Below, piece by piece: positions 1 through 9,319 of a stretch of DNA of 64,000 nucleotides; position 1 is the stretch's first letter, and the number at the start of each line of letters is the position of its first letter. Under the pieces are notes generated by a model. It made no database searches. It saw nothing but the letters and a program-made list of their open reading frames with translations, and was not told where the DNA came from. A program made the translations under genes and the position numbers. Origin of the DNA: Minisyncoccota bacterium (GTDB lineage Bacteria; Patescibacteriota; Minisyncoccia; Phycocordibacterales; UBA9973). The DNA is taken from assembly GCA_041675085.1 (NCBI GenBank), contig JBAYUN010000001.1, positions 87,347 through 151,346 of the forward strand, in the 5' to 3' direction.

Positions 1-465
1 TTCAATAATGCTTATGGTGAGACTTTCAAATTGCCTCAACATAAAATACTAGAAGATGTAGCGGTAGTGCCGGGGACTGACGGGCAAAAAATGTCTAAGA
101 GTTATAAAAATACAATCCCTCTTTTTGCTGAATATGAAGATATTAAAAAATGTGTTATGAGTATTGTGACTGATTCGGGTTCTGATATTCCTGAGAATGT
201 ATATGCTATTCACAAACTCGTCAGAGATGAAGAAGAATTGAAAACTATCTACCAAGAGAATAAAGGCAAATATAAAATCTTGAAAGATATTCTCGTAGAA
301 GATTTAGAAAAATTCATCGCTCCTATGAGAGAGAGGAGGAATGAACTGGCACTCGATATGAATAGAGTTTTAGATATATTAAAAAAAGGCGGAGAAAAAG
401 CCAACAAAATAGCAAATACTAAAATGCTAGAAGTCCGTGAGAAAATCGGGGTAGAGATTTATTAA
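1..465 (+). CDS. trpS: Tryptophanyl-tRNA synthetase, C-terminal part (gene starts upstream of window)
   Basis: Open frame from position 1; KMSKS class-I motif (GQKMSKS); upstream in-frame FNNAYGETF matches the TrpRS region before KMSKS. Confidence 0.8.
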   Translation, partial: FNNAYGETFKLPQHKILEDVAVVPGTDGQKMSKSYKNTIPLFAEYEDIKKCVMSIVTDSGSDIPENVYAIHKLVRDEEELKTIYQENKGKYKILKDILVEDLEKFIAPMRERRNELALDMNRVLDILKKGGEKANKIANTKMLEVREKIGVEIY

Positions 466-492
466 TTTATATAAAGTGGTATACTCAAAATT

Positions 493-1884
493 ATGAAAGA
501 CAGAACATATATTAAGGATTTAAATACAAAAATAGGGGAAGAAGTCGTTATTGCTGGCTGGGTCAATATTCGTCGCGACCAAGGTAAGATGATTTTTATG
601 GATTTCCGAGATATGACTGGCTTAGTCCAAGGAGTTATTTTGCCAGGTAGTCTCGCTATGGAAATAGGTAAACAAATACGCCCAGAGTGGGTCGTGAAAG
701 TTGTAGGTAAAGTAAATGAAAGACCAGAGAGAAATAAAAAAGTTGGAGTATTAAACGGAGAGCTGGAGCTTGAGATTGTTAATATTGAAGTTTTGAATGA
801 AGCTAAGACAACTCCTTTTTTGGTGGATGAAGATACTATTTCTATAAATGAAGAAGTCCGCATGAAATATAGATATCTAGATTTGCGTACGACAAGAATG
901 CAAAACAATTTACGCATGCGTGATAAGATAGTTTCTTTTTTTAGAGACCATATGCATCAAAATGGATTCCTTGATATCGAGACTCCTATCATGACTAAAG
1001 GTACTCCTGAAGGTTCAAGAGAATATCTCGTGCCTTCTCGTCTTGAGCAAGGTAAATTCTACGTATTGCCTCAATCTCCACAACAATTCAAGCAACTCGC
1101 TATGGTAGCTGGATTTGAAAAATATTTCCAAATTGCAAAGTGTATGCGTGATGAAGATACTCGCGGAGACAGACAACCTGAGTTCACTCAGCTCGACTAT
1201 GAACTATCTTTTAGTACTCAAGAAGAAATAATTTCTTATACTGAAGACATGTTTATTAAAATGGTTAAAACTTTGTATCCAAATAAAAAAATACAAAACG
1301 AGAAGGATCCTTTTCCTAGAATTACTTACAAAGAATCTATGGAGAAATATGGTAATGACAAACCTGATTTAAGAGAAGATAAAAATGACCCTGATTTACT
1401 GGCTTTTTGTTGGATAGTAGATTTTCCAATGTTTGAGAAAAATTCTCAAGGTGAGATAGGAGCAGTGCACCATCCTTTTACTCGTCCTTTGGATGAAGAT
1501 TTGCATTTACTAGATTCTGAGCCTTTAAAAGCTCGTGCTAATGCTTATGATATTGTACTAAACGGTTATGAATTAGGAGGAGGATCTATCCGTATACATG
1601 AAAGAGAATTACAAAATAAAGTTTTTGAAATATTGGGCTTATCAAAAGAATTGATCGAAGCCCGCTTTGGTCATATGCTTGAAGCTTTTGAATACGGAGC
1701 GCCACCACACGGCGGATGTGCTCAGGGTGTGGACCGTATTGTTATGCTACTCCAAAATGAACCAAATATTCGTGAAGTTATCGCTTTCCCTAAAACAGGT
1801 GAAGGTAGAGATTTGATGATGGGTGCACCTAGTGAAGCAGGGGAACAGCAATTAAAAGAACTTGGAATAAATATAAAGAAATAA
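493..1884 (+). CDS. aspS: Aspartyl-tRNA synthetase (short archaeal/non-discriminating type, 463 aa)
   Basis: Class-II motifs; [17 protein letters not shown] anticodon-binding OB region, GGGSIRIH motif 3. Confidence 0.85.
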   Translation: MKDRTYIKDLNTKIGEEVVIAGWVNIRRDQGKMIFMDFRDMTGLVQGVILPGSLAMEIGKQIRPEWVVKVVGKVNERPERNKKVGVLNGELELEIVNIEVLNEAKTTPFLVDEDTISINEEVRMKYRYLDLRTTRMQNNLRMRDKIVSFFRDHMHQNGFLDIETPIMTKGTPEGSREYLVPSRLEQGKFYVLPQSPQQFKQLAMVAGFEKYFQIAKCMRDEDTRGDRQPEFTQLDYELSFSTQEEIISYTEDMFIKMVKTLYPNKKIQNEKDPFPRITYKESMEKYGNDKPDLREDKNDPDLLAFCWIVDFPMFEKNSQGEIGAVHHPFTRPLDEDLHLLDSEPLKARANAYDIVLNGYELGGGSIRIHERELQNKVFEILGLSKELIEARFGHMLEAFEYGAPPHGGCAQGVDRIVMLLQNEPNIREVIAFPKTGEGRDLMMGAPSEAGEQQLKELGINIKK

Positions 1885-1890
1885 TTCTAG

Positions 1891-2250
1891 ATGCTTTATT
1901 CTTTTTCTGGCAAAGTTATTCACGGAGATAAATATGGTAGCAAGATTGGTTTTCCTACTATTAATATAGATCGTAGAAATTTTAAATCTCTGCACGGAGA
2001 GATAAAATTTGGTATATACAAAGGAGAAGTCATCCTCGAGAATAAGCTTTATAAAGCTGGGATAATAATAGGCCCATTAGATAAAAAGAATTTACCAAAA
2101 CTCGAAGCTCATCTGATAAATTACAAAGGTAATACTTATGGCAAGTATGTAGTATTTCAATTACATAAATTTTTAAGAAAATATAAAATTTTCAAAACTG
2201 AGAAAGATTTAATAGTACAAATTCAAAAAGATATAAATTTATGTCAATAA
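1891..2250 (+). CDS. Monofunctional riboflavin kinase (RibF C-terminal-domain type)
   Basis: GKVIHGDKYGSKIGFPTINI, YGKYVVFQLHKFLR, LIVQIQKDI match the flavokinase signature. Confidence 0.6.
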   Translation: MLYSFSGKVIHGDKYGSKIGFPTINIDRRNFKSLHGEIKFGIYKGEVILENKLYKAGIIIGPLDKKNLPKLEAHLINYKGNTYGKYVVFQLHKFLRKYKIFKTEKDLIVQIQKDINLCQ

Positions 2251-3140
2251 CTAAAAACAAAATCGGACCTATTCTAATAATTACAGCTGCTTTGCTTTGG
2301 GGTATTGATGGTGTGGTTAGGCGGTATTTGTATTCTCTGCCTCCGATTACTATTATATTTTTTGAGCACCTTTTAGGTACTATTATTTTATTACCTTTCT
2401 TAATGAAGAGCATTTTAAAAGTTAGGTTTTCAAAGAAAGAATGGTTCTTGCTTGTATTAGTATCTCTGTTGAGCGGTCTCTTGGGGACTTTGTTTTTCAC
2501 TACTGCATTATTAAAGACTAGTTTTATTTCTTTCTCAGTTGTGTTTTTATTGCAAAAACTCCAACCAATTTTTGCGATATTATCTTCCCGTATTTTCTTA
2601 AAAGAAAAATTTAAAAAAGGTTATCTACCTTTTGCATTATTGGCACTACTCTCGGCTTATTTTGTGACTTTCCCTAATGGCATGGTAAATCTAAGTACAG
2701 GAGATGGGACTCTAGTAGCAGCTCTGTTTGCATTAGGTGCGGCGTTTTTCTGGGGCACATCGACAACTTTTTCTAAAATTTTATTAAAAGATATTCGTCC
2801 TGAGATAAGTACTTTTTATAGATTTTTAATAACTACAATACTTTCTTTTGTATTTATTTTTATTTTAGGTAAATCTAGCTCTATCACAGAAGTCAGTACA
2901 ACTCAATTTGGATTTCTTGGATTGATAGCTGTGTCTACTGGTATGGTCGCTTTATTGATATACTATAAAGGGTTACAGAAAACTCCAGTGCATATAGCAA
3001 CAATTCTAGAATTGGTTTTCCCGCTTGTAGCCATATTGATAGATATGAAATTATACGGAAATGTCTTGTCTTTGACTCAATGGATAGCGGCAGTATTATT
3101 AATCTTTGCAGTTTATAAAATCAGTAAATTAAAAGAATAA
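2241..3140 (+). CDS. EamA/DMT-family membrane transporter
   Basis: About 10 TM helices in two repeated halves, typical DMT architecture. Confidence 0.55.
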   Translation: MSITKNKIGPILIITAALLWGIDGVVRRYLYSLPPITIIFFEHLLGTIILLPFLMKSILKVRFSKKEWFLLVLVSLLSGLLGTLFFTTALLKTSFISFSVVFLLQKLQPIFAILSSRIFLKEKFKKGYLPFALLALLSAYFVTFPNGMVNLSTGDGTLVAALFALGAAFFWGTSTTFSKILLKDIRPEISTFYRFLITTILSFVFIFILGKSSSITEVSTTQFGFLGLIAVSTGMVALLIYYKGLQKTPVHIATILELVFPLVAILIDMKLYGNVLSLTQWIAAVLLIFAVYKISKLKE

Positions 3141-3145
3141 ATATT

Positions 3146-3484
3146 ATGGAATTATCAAAAAGAAAATGTATACCTTGTGAGGATAAAAATTTGAAGCCTT
3201 TTGATCTCGAGCGAGCAGAAGAATATATGGTAGATGTAAAAGGATGGGAGCTTTTAAAAGTAGAGGAAGTTTTAAAAATCTCTCGTGAATTTAAATTTAA
3301 AGATTTCGTAGAGGCTCTCGAATTCGTAAATAAAGTAGGGGATTTGGCAGAGACCGAAGGTCATCATCCTGATATCTTAATGCATTCTTGGAATAAAGTC
3401 GTAGTGACCTTATATACACATGCAATAGGAGGACTATCTGAGAACGACTACATCCTCGCCGCTAAGATAAATACTATTTTATAA
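3146..3484 (+). CDS. phhB: Pterin-4a-carbinolamine dehydratase
   Basis: EGHHPDI...WNKVVVTLYTHAIGGLSENDYILAAKI matches the PCD/DCoH signature. Confidence 0.75.
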   Translation: MELSKRKCIPCEDKNLKPFDLERAEEYMVDVKGWELLKVEEVLKISREFKFKDFVEALEFVNKVGDLAETEGHHPDILMHSWNKVVVTLYTHAIGGLSENDYILAAKINTIL

Positions 3485-3997
3485 CCCACCGTAGAGTTCG
3501 TTTTGATATTCGTCCAATTCTTCCCATCTACCTTCATAGGCTAGGCGAGCTTGTTCGGGCCAGGTTTTTGGATTGGCCATATTAAAGCTATTGCCAGCTT
3601 CGTCTAACATGTTTTGCAAATATAGAGTATTGGTGCGAGATAATTTCTCAAAATTTTTAATATTGTTTGAGTACAATAATTCTTTTATCTTAGGACCGAT
3701 GCCTTCTATTAGCGTTAAGTCATCAATAATTTCTTCTTTCTCTTTAAACTCTTTAACATAAGGGGAGTCTATAAGATTATTTTTAGCTAAAGTTTCTATG
3801 TCTTCTACTTTATAATCTAAATCTTCTTCTGTACTAGCTAGTTTTATTTCTTCTTTTATTTTTGCGATTTTGTTTTTTTCTTTTCTCGGAGTAGTTGGGA
3901 TATTGTAATTTTTATATAAATACCAAAGAGCTATCATACATAAAAATACTAGAATTAGGATTACTATATCGTCTCGGTAATTTGCAAAATCGTACAT
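3479..3997 (-). CDS. Membrane-anchored helix-hairpin-helix domain protein (DUF4332-like)
   Basis: N-terminal TM; C-terminal DLTLIEGIGPKIKELL...WPEQARLAYEGRWEEL HhH-like motif. Confidence 0.4.
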   Translation of the reverse strand: MYDFANYRDDIVILILVFLCMIALWYLYKNYNIPTTPRKEKNKIAKIKEEIKLASTEEDLDYKVEDIETLAKNNLIDSPYVKEFKEKEEIIDDLTLIEGIGPKIKELLYSNNIKNFEKLSRTNTLYLQNMLDEAGNSFNMANPKTWPEQARLAYEGRWEELDEYQNELYGGL

Positions 3998-4002
3998 AAA
4001 AT

Positions 4003-6588
4003 TTAAATATTATTTTTTAAAAACTGACTTATTTTTTTATTATCTCTTCCTAGCCACAATACGTTTGCTTCGATTCTTTCTTTTACTTGTTCTATAGATC
4101 TCTCGGCTCCTGGAGCTTTGTTTTTTGAGAAAAAGTCTGTAAAGAATTTGAGGTGTTTTTTCTCAGGGCTAGGTCCGATAGCTTTCACTAATCTACCCAA
4201 GGAATGCCCTCCATCTCCATACCTATTTAATAATAGTTGCCAATTCGTCTTAATGCAAGTAACCCAAACATCACGTCCGTAAGGATTTGAGCCCACAGAA
4301 GACAATATGCTGATAGTGTCTTGAATACGCACATCACTGGATAAAGCAAAATGAGTCGATAAGCAAAGGATTTCTTTGTCTTTAAAGTCGCCGAGGGCGT
4401 TACCAATACGGTTTTTCTCTTCATGTAAAGTCTCTTTTTTGTATTGCTTTATGAACATATTGTATTCTTTAATACCTCCGTTATTTGCAACGATAGCATA
4501 CAAGGCACCTCGGATATCGGGATTTACTTGTTCTCCTTTTTGAATTTGATTTACTAAATATTTAGCCTTTTTTACAACTTCTTTATCAGCACTACGTCCA
4601 AGTCTAGATATAGCCAAAGACCGCAACAATGCATCTGTATGAGTTTCATTTTCTTGTTTTTCCCAAGTTAGTTTTTTGAGTACTGGAGTAAAGAGTTTGA
4701 TAATAAATTTATCAAAATTCTCTTCATTGTTGGAATTAGCCAATAGTTGCTCTATACGCGCGAGCCCAGAAGCTATCTCGAGCCAAACTGTGTAGTTATC
4801 TTCGTCTCTATACGCGCTCAAGAATTCTAGAGCTTTGTCTGTCGATATGATACCTGCTTCGGCAGATGCAAAAAGATCACGGATAATACCGAGCCTGTCT
4901 CGAGATGAGATCTCTTTGTGGCGTACTACTTCATTTAATTTTTCCAACAATGAGTCTTCGTAATTTGTTCTAAAGAATCCAGCTTCACCTATATTGATTT
5001 TCAGATAAGTATCTGGTTTTGGTATGGTGATACTTTTTTTATCTAATAGAATTTTAGTTTTCTTTTTATTGATCTCTATTTCTATCGGGATTTGCCACAA
5101 TGTTTTTTCTTTGTTTTGTGTTTTTGAGACAGGACTTGAAAAGAATCTATCTTGGGAGATTGTAAGCTTGTCGCCTTTGACTACAGTATTTAAAACAGGG
5201 TAGCCGCCACGAGATGTCCAGTTTTGCATGATTTTTTCTACTGGCTTTTTGGCAACTTTTTCGAGCGCTTGCCAGAGATGATGAGTCTCAGTATTTTTAT
5301 AACTATGTTTCTTGAGATAATATCTAAGTCCATTTCTAAAATTCTCTTCTCCTAAATATTCCGCCAGCATGCGTATGATAGACGCTCCTTTAGAATAAGA
5401 AACTTCGTCGAAGATTTCTCCTATTTCATGAGGGTGATGAACTTCTATTTCTATTGGATGAGTATTTTTCAAAGCGTCGAGTCTCAAAGCTACACCAAGG
5501 TCAGCAGTCGAGAATTGAGTCCAGATATCCCACTCTGGGAACATTTTGTCTACTGCGAGATATTCAATATAAGAAGCAAAGCCTTCGTTTAGCCATAAAT
5601 GAGTCCACCATTCCATAGTCACTAGATTGCCGAACCATTGATGAGCTATCTCGTGAGCTATAACGAGGGCTACCCATTGCTTACTAGAGATAGAAGAATT
5701 TATCGGATCGACGAGCAGAGCCGTCTCACGATAGGTGATAGCACCCCAATTCTCCATAGCTCCACTAGCAAAGTCCGGTATAGCTATCATATTGAGAGTT
5801 TGCAAGGGATATTTAATATCAAAATATTCTTCATAAAATTCTAAAGTTTTTACAGCACAAGATAGAGCGAATTCTCCTTGATGCTTTTTACCTTTGGTTG
5901 TGTAAACTTTGATATTTACTCCGTTCTTGGTTTTCTGTTCCAAATATTCAAAATCTCCAATAATAAAAGCGAGAAGGTAAGTCGACATGACAGGAGTCGG
6001 AGAGAATTTAATGATATCTAAATCTGGAGTATGTTCACTTACTAATACTGGCAAAGTATTTGAGATAGCAGTTTTACCTTTTGGTACTATGAGAGAAACA
6101 TTGAATATAGATTTGTGTGCTGGTTCATCAAAACAAGGGAAAGCGCGACGAGCGTCGGTAGCTTCAAATTGAGTAGTCGCGATATGAGACAAAACTCCAT
6201 CTACAGTATAAGAACTACGATAGAATCCTCGCATCTTGTCATTCAATATTCCTTCAAAGACTAGAGTGATATCATATTTTCCTGCTGGGATTTGATTTGG
6301 GAATATGAAAGTCGCAGTCTCAGAGTTTTCATCGTAAGTTATTTTTGTAGCAAATATTTTATCTTTTTTGATTTTTATTTCAGCTGTTTTTATATTCAAC
6401 TCTTTGGAGTGTAGAGTGATGCTTTTAGTGGCTTTAAGTATTTTAAAACTTATTACTTCAAAACCAGAAAAAGTAAAGTTGTTTAAATCTGGTTGTAGAG
6501 TGATATCGTACTTGATAGCTTGCACATCACGGGACAATTTAATGTTTTTATTTTTCTTTTGCACCCCAGCACTAATTTTTCTTTTCAT
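4003..6588 (-). CDS. pepN: Aminopeptidase N (M1 zinc metallopeptidase); ORF is open up to 6639 but likely starts at the Met at 6588
   Basis: GAMENWG exopeptidase motif and HEIAHQWFGNLVTMEWWTHLWLNEGFASY zinc site (HEXXH-18-E). Confidence 0.85.
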   Translation of the reverse strand: MKRKISAGVQKKNKNIKLSRDVQAIKYDITLQPDLNNFTFSGFEVISFKILKATKSITLHSKELNIKTAEIKIKKDKIFATKITYDENSETATFIFPNQIPAGKYDITLVFEGILNDKMRGFYRSSYTVDGVLSHIATTQFEATDARRAFPCFDEPAHKSIFNVSLIVPKGKTAISNTLPVLVSEHTPDLDIIKFSPTPVMSTYLLAFIIGDFEYLEQKTKNGVNIKVYTTKGKKHQGEFALSCAVKTLEFYEEYFDIKYPLQTLNMIAIPDFASGAMENWGAITYRETALLVDPINSSISSKQWVALVIAHEIAHQWFGNLVTMEWWTHLWLNEGFASYIEYLAVDKMFPEWDIWTQFSTADLGVALRLDALKNTHPIEIEVHHPHEIGEIFDEVSYSKGASIIRMLAEYLGEENFRNGLRYYLKKHSYKNTETHHLWQALEKVAKKPVEKIMQNWTSRGGYPVLNTVVKGDKLTISQDRFFSSPVSKTQNKEKTLWQIPIEIEINKKKTKILLDKKSITIPKPDTYLKINIGEAGFFRTNYEDSLLEKLNEVVRHKEISSRDRLGIIRDLFASAEAGIISTDKALEFLSAYRDEDNYTVWLEIASGLARIEQLLANSNNEENFDKFIIKLFTPVLKKLTWEKQENETHTDALLRSLAISRLGRSADKEVVKKAKYLVNQIQKGEQVNPDIRGALYAIVANNGGIKEYNMFIKQYKKETLHEEKNRIGNALGDFKDKEILCLSTHFALSSDVRIQDTISILSSVGSNPYGRDVWVTCIKTNWQLLLNRYGDGGHSLGRLVKAIGPSPEKKHLKFFTDFFSKNKAPGAERSIEQVKERIEANVLWLGRDNKKISQFLKNNI

Positions 6589-6657
6589 AATTAGCGTATT
6601 ATAACATAAAATATGGGAATTAGTGCGGGGTAAATACAAAAATGTTAAGATATAATA

Positions 6658-7452
6658 ATGGAAACTGACACTTTAAATACGTATTCCGTAAAAATAGACC
6701 AATTTGAAGGGCCTTTTTCTGTATTGCTAGCAATGATAGAAGAACGCAAGCTTTTCATTAATGATATTTCTCTGTCTAGTATTACCGAAGACTATATAAG
6801 ATATGTAAATACTCATGATATTCCGCCTGGCTTGATATCGAATTTTGTTTTGGTCGCTTCAATGCTTATCTTGATAAAATCCAAATCTCTACTACCGACT
6901 CTAAACCTAACCAACGAAGAAGAAGGAGATATTAAGAATCTAGAAGAGAGACTCAAACTTTTTGAAATCTACTCAAACCTGTCTGTACATATAAAAAATA
7001 ATTTTGGTAAAAGAATTATTTTTGCTCCAGAAGAACGCAAACACAACAATGTAGTCTTCTTGCCTGATGCTCAAATCACACAAGAGAGCATGATGACTTT
7101 TGCTTCTACTCTTTTGAATAAAATTCCAAAGAAAAATCTAATCCCTCAAGTAGAAATAAAAAAAGTTATCAGCATCGAAGAAATGATCGATAAGTTGAAA
7201 GACCGCATCGAGAGTAGCCTCAGTATGAATTTTCGAGAATTCTCTGGTGTTGGTAGGACCGTCACTCGTGAAGAGAAAGTAACTATGATTGTAGGATTTT
7301 TAGCCATGCTCGAATTAGTCCGTGAAGGTATATTGCATGTGATTCAAGATAATAATTTTGAAGATATTACTATAGAGAAAAATAATATTGCATTAGATGA
7401 TGAAGAAAATGAAAATCCAGAAGAAATGAATGGAGAAGATGATATGTTATAA
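6658..7452 (+). CDS. scpA: Segregation and condensation protein A
   Basis: N-terminal KIDQFEGPFSVLLAMIEERKLFINDISLSSITEDYIRYV typical of ScpA; followed directly by scpB. Confidence 0.7.
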   Translation: METDTLNTYSVKIDQFEGPFSVLLAMIEERKLFINDISLSSITEDYIRYVNTHDIPPGLISNFVLVASMLILIKSKSLLPTLNLTNEEEGDIKNLEERLKLFEIYSNLSVHIKNNFGKRIIFAPEERKHNNVVFLPDAQITQESMMTFASTLLNKIPKKNLIPQVEIKKVISIEEMIDKLKDRIESSLSMNFREFSGVGRTVTREEKVTMIVGFLAMLELVREGILHVIQDNNFEDITIEKNNIALDDEENENPEEMNGEDDML

Positions 7453-7473
7453 TAATATAAAAATATATGAATC

Positions 7474-7570
7474 CCGTTAGATATTTTAAAGAACGGGCAT
7501 GAATGAAATAGTGTTATTCAAATTAATAACTTACAAGAAAATTAATAATTAATCAAAAATATTTAACGGG
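7474..7570. repeat. Inverted-repeat element with arms CCCGTTA(A/G)ATATTTT...AAAATATTTAACGGG; right arm abuts the scpB ATG
   Basis: Same arm (catcccgttaaatatttttgattaa) directly abuts the start codons of the genes at 30388 and 37817; a second inverted arm lies at 37895-37918. Confidence 0.55.
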
Positions 7571-8119
7571 ATGAATAATTTAGAAACAAAAATAGAAGCA
7601 TTACTTTTCTTTAAAGCTGAACCTGTGAGCCTTAAGAAATTGGAAGATTTACTAAAAGTCTCGAAAACAGAAATCCTAGAAGCACTAGAGAGTTTAAAGA
7701 ATAATTTATCAAATCGAGGTATTGTTTTGATGGAAAAAGACGAAGAGTATACTATTGCTGTCAGCCCAGTCTATAGTGATATGATAGAAGAAATTCAAAA
7801 AGAAGAATTGAATCGTGATTTATCAAAAGCTAGTCTAGAGACTTTGTCTATAATCCTCTACAAAAACGGAGCAAGTCGTAGCGAGATAGATTTTATCAGA
7901 GGAGTGAATTCGAGCTTTACCTTGAGAGCTTTACTCGTGAGAGGTCTGGTAGAAAAAGTTGTTTCTAATGAAGATAATAGAAAGTACGTCTACAAACCAA
8001 CTTTCGACTTATTGTCTTTTATGGGAGTTTCAAATATTTCTGAATTGCCAGGATGGGAAGAACTAAATAGTATGATAGAAAAAACTATTATTGAGAATAA
8101 TGAAGAAGAAATATCTTAA
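7571..8119 (+). CDS. scpB: Segregation and condensation protein B
   Basis: IEALLFFKAEPVSLKKLEDLL and tandem winged-helix pattern; adjacent to scpA. Confidence 0.75.
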   Translation: MNNLETKIEALLFFKAEPVSLKKLEDLLKVSKTEILEALESLKNNLSNRGIVLMEKDEEYTIAVSPVYSDMIEEIQKEELNRDLSKASLETLSIILYKNGASRSEIDFIRGVNSSFTLRALLVRGLVEKVVSNEDNRKYVYKPTFDLLSFMGVSNISELPGWEELNSMIEKTIIENNEEEIS

Positions 8120-8121
8120 TT

Positions 8122-9003
8122 ATGCAAAAATTTAAAATAATTGTACTTTTATTTTTCTTTTCTCTATCTATCGTTGGTATAGCGTCTGCCGAAAATACAA
8201 ATACAGGGTTTGTGCCTTCTAATATTTGGTATTCTAAAGATCCTTTTTCAGAAGGGGACAAGATTAAAATCTATACTCTCTTATTCAATCAAGACGAACG
8301 TGAATTCTCGGGTTTTGTCGCTTTTTACAATAGAGATACTTTATTAGGTAAAAAAGAATTCTCATTAAAATCTCAAGAATCGTCTGTCGTGTCTTTAGAC
8401 TGGACTGTGACTGCAGGTACTAATACCATATATGCAAAGATAATAGACGCCAAATTCTCTCTAGGTGAGGGGCAATATCAAGAAGTCGTCATTGCTCAAA
8501 ATCAAAGCGAGAAAAGTCAAAAGGTGGTTATTAAAAAGATTTCTAAAGATTTAGAAAAAGTAGAAGATACTATAAAAGAAAAAGTTACTGATATCCTAGA
8601 ACCAGCCAAAGACATACCGGAGACTATAATAGAAAATACTCCAGAACCGATATTATCTGTTGCCAATAAAGTAGATGGACTTAGAGTCTCTGGAGCAAAT
8701 TATTTTATCGATAAAAAAGAAGATGCCAAAAACGACATAGCAGATTACAATAAAACGCAAACTGTCAGTCAAACAGAAAATTCAGAAAAGACTAAAGAAG
8801 ATACTAAAAAGACTGAAGCAGAAACGGCAGTAAACAATAAAGAGCAAACACAAAAATCCAGTAGTTATAAACCATTAAAATATTTAAGTTTATTTTTCTT
8901 TACTATACTTAGTTTTATTTTAAATAATCAGGTTGTGTTTTATATATCTGTAGCCCTGATTTTGTTTTACATAATACGCTTTTTGTGGCTTAAATTTGCC
9001 TAA
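8122..9003 (+). CDS. Hypothetical secreted/membrane protein (N-terminal signal peptide, C-terminal TM, K/E-rich middle)
   Basis: Signal peptide ending ASAEN; hydrophobic C-terminus; no recognisable catalytic motif. Confidence 0.45.
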   Translation: MQKFKIIVLLFFFSLSIVGIASAENTNTGFVPSNIWYSKDPFSEGDKIKIYTLLFNQDEREFSGFVAFYNRDTLLGKKEFSLKSQESSVVSLDWTVTAGTNTIYAKIIDAKFSLGEGQYQEVVIAQNQSEKSQKVVIKKISKDLEKVEDTIKEKVTDILEPAKDIPETIIENTPEPILSVANKVDGLRVSGANYFIDKKEDAKNDIADYNKTQTVSQTENSEKTKEDTKKTEAETAVNNKEQTQKSSSYKPLKYLSLFFFTILSFILNNQVVFYISVALILFYIIRFLWLKFA

Positions 9004-9034
9004 AATTTGATATTTGTTTTTTTCTAAATAAAAG

Positions 9035-9316
9035 GTGATAATAGGGTATATGATATCGAGAATTATTTATTCTGTATTGGTTTTGTCGACAATTCTTTTC
9101 TGGCCTTTCTGGATATCATTATTTATGATTTTTATTGGAATGCTATATTTCAATAAATATTATGAAGGTCTCGCTCTGATTATTATTTTTGAAAGTCTGT
9201 ATTCTGTGCCCGAGGTCAAGATTTTTGATTTATATTTTGTCTACACTATATCTTTTTTCTTTGTTTTTGTCTTGATACAATATTTAAAAAAGAAATTAAC
9301 TCTAGATACTTTTTAA
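9035..9316 (+). CDS. Small 3-TM membrane protein
   Basis: 93 aa, three hydrophobic helices, directly upstream of PBP2. Confidence 0.4.
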   Translation: MIIGYMISRIIYSVLVLSTILFWPFWISLFMIFIGMLYFNKYYEGLALIIIFESLYSVPEVKIFDLYFVYTISFFFVFVLIQYLKKKLTLDTF

Positions 9317-9319
9317 AAA

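Noticed and set aside
4227-6604. Several 60-80 aa ORFs antisense or out of frame inside pepN (4227-4424, 5638-5844, 5987-6172, 6368-6604)
   Set aside because: Fully embedded in a well-supported 878-aa M1 peptidase gene; low-complexity translations
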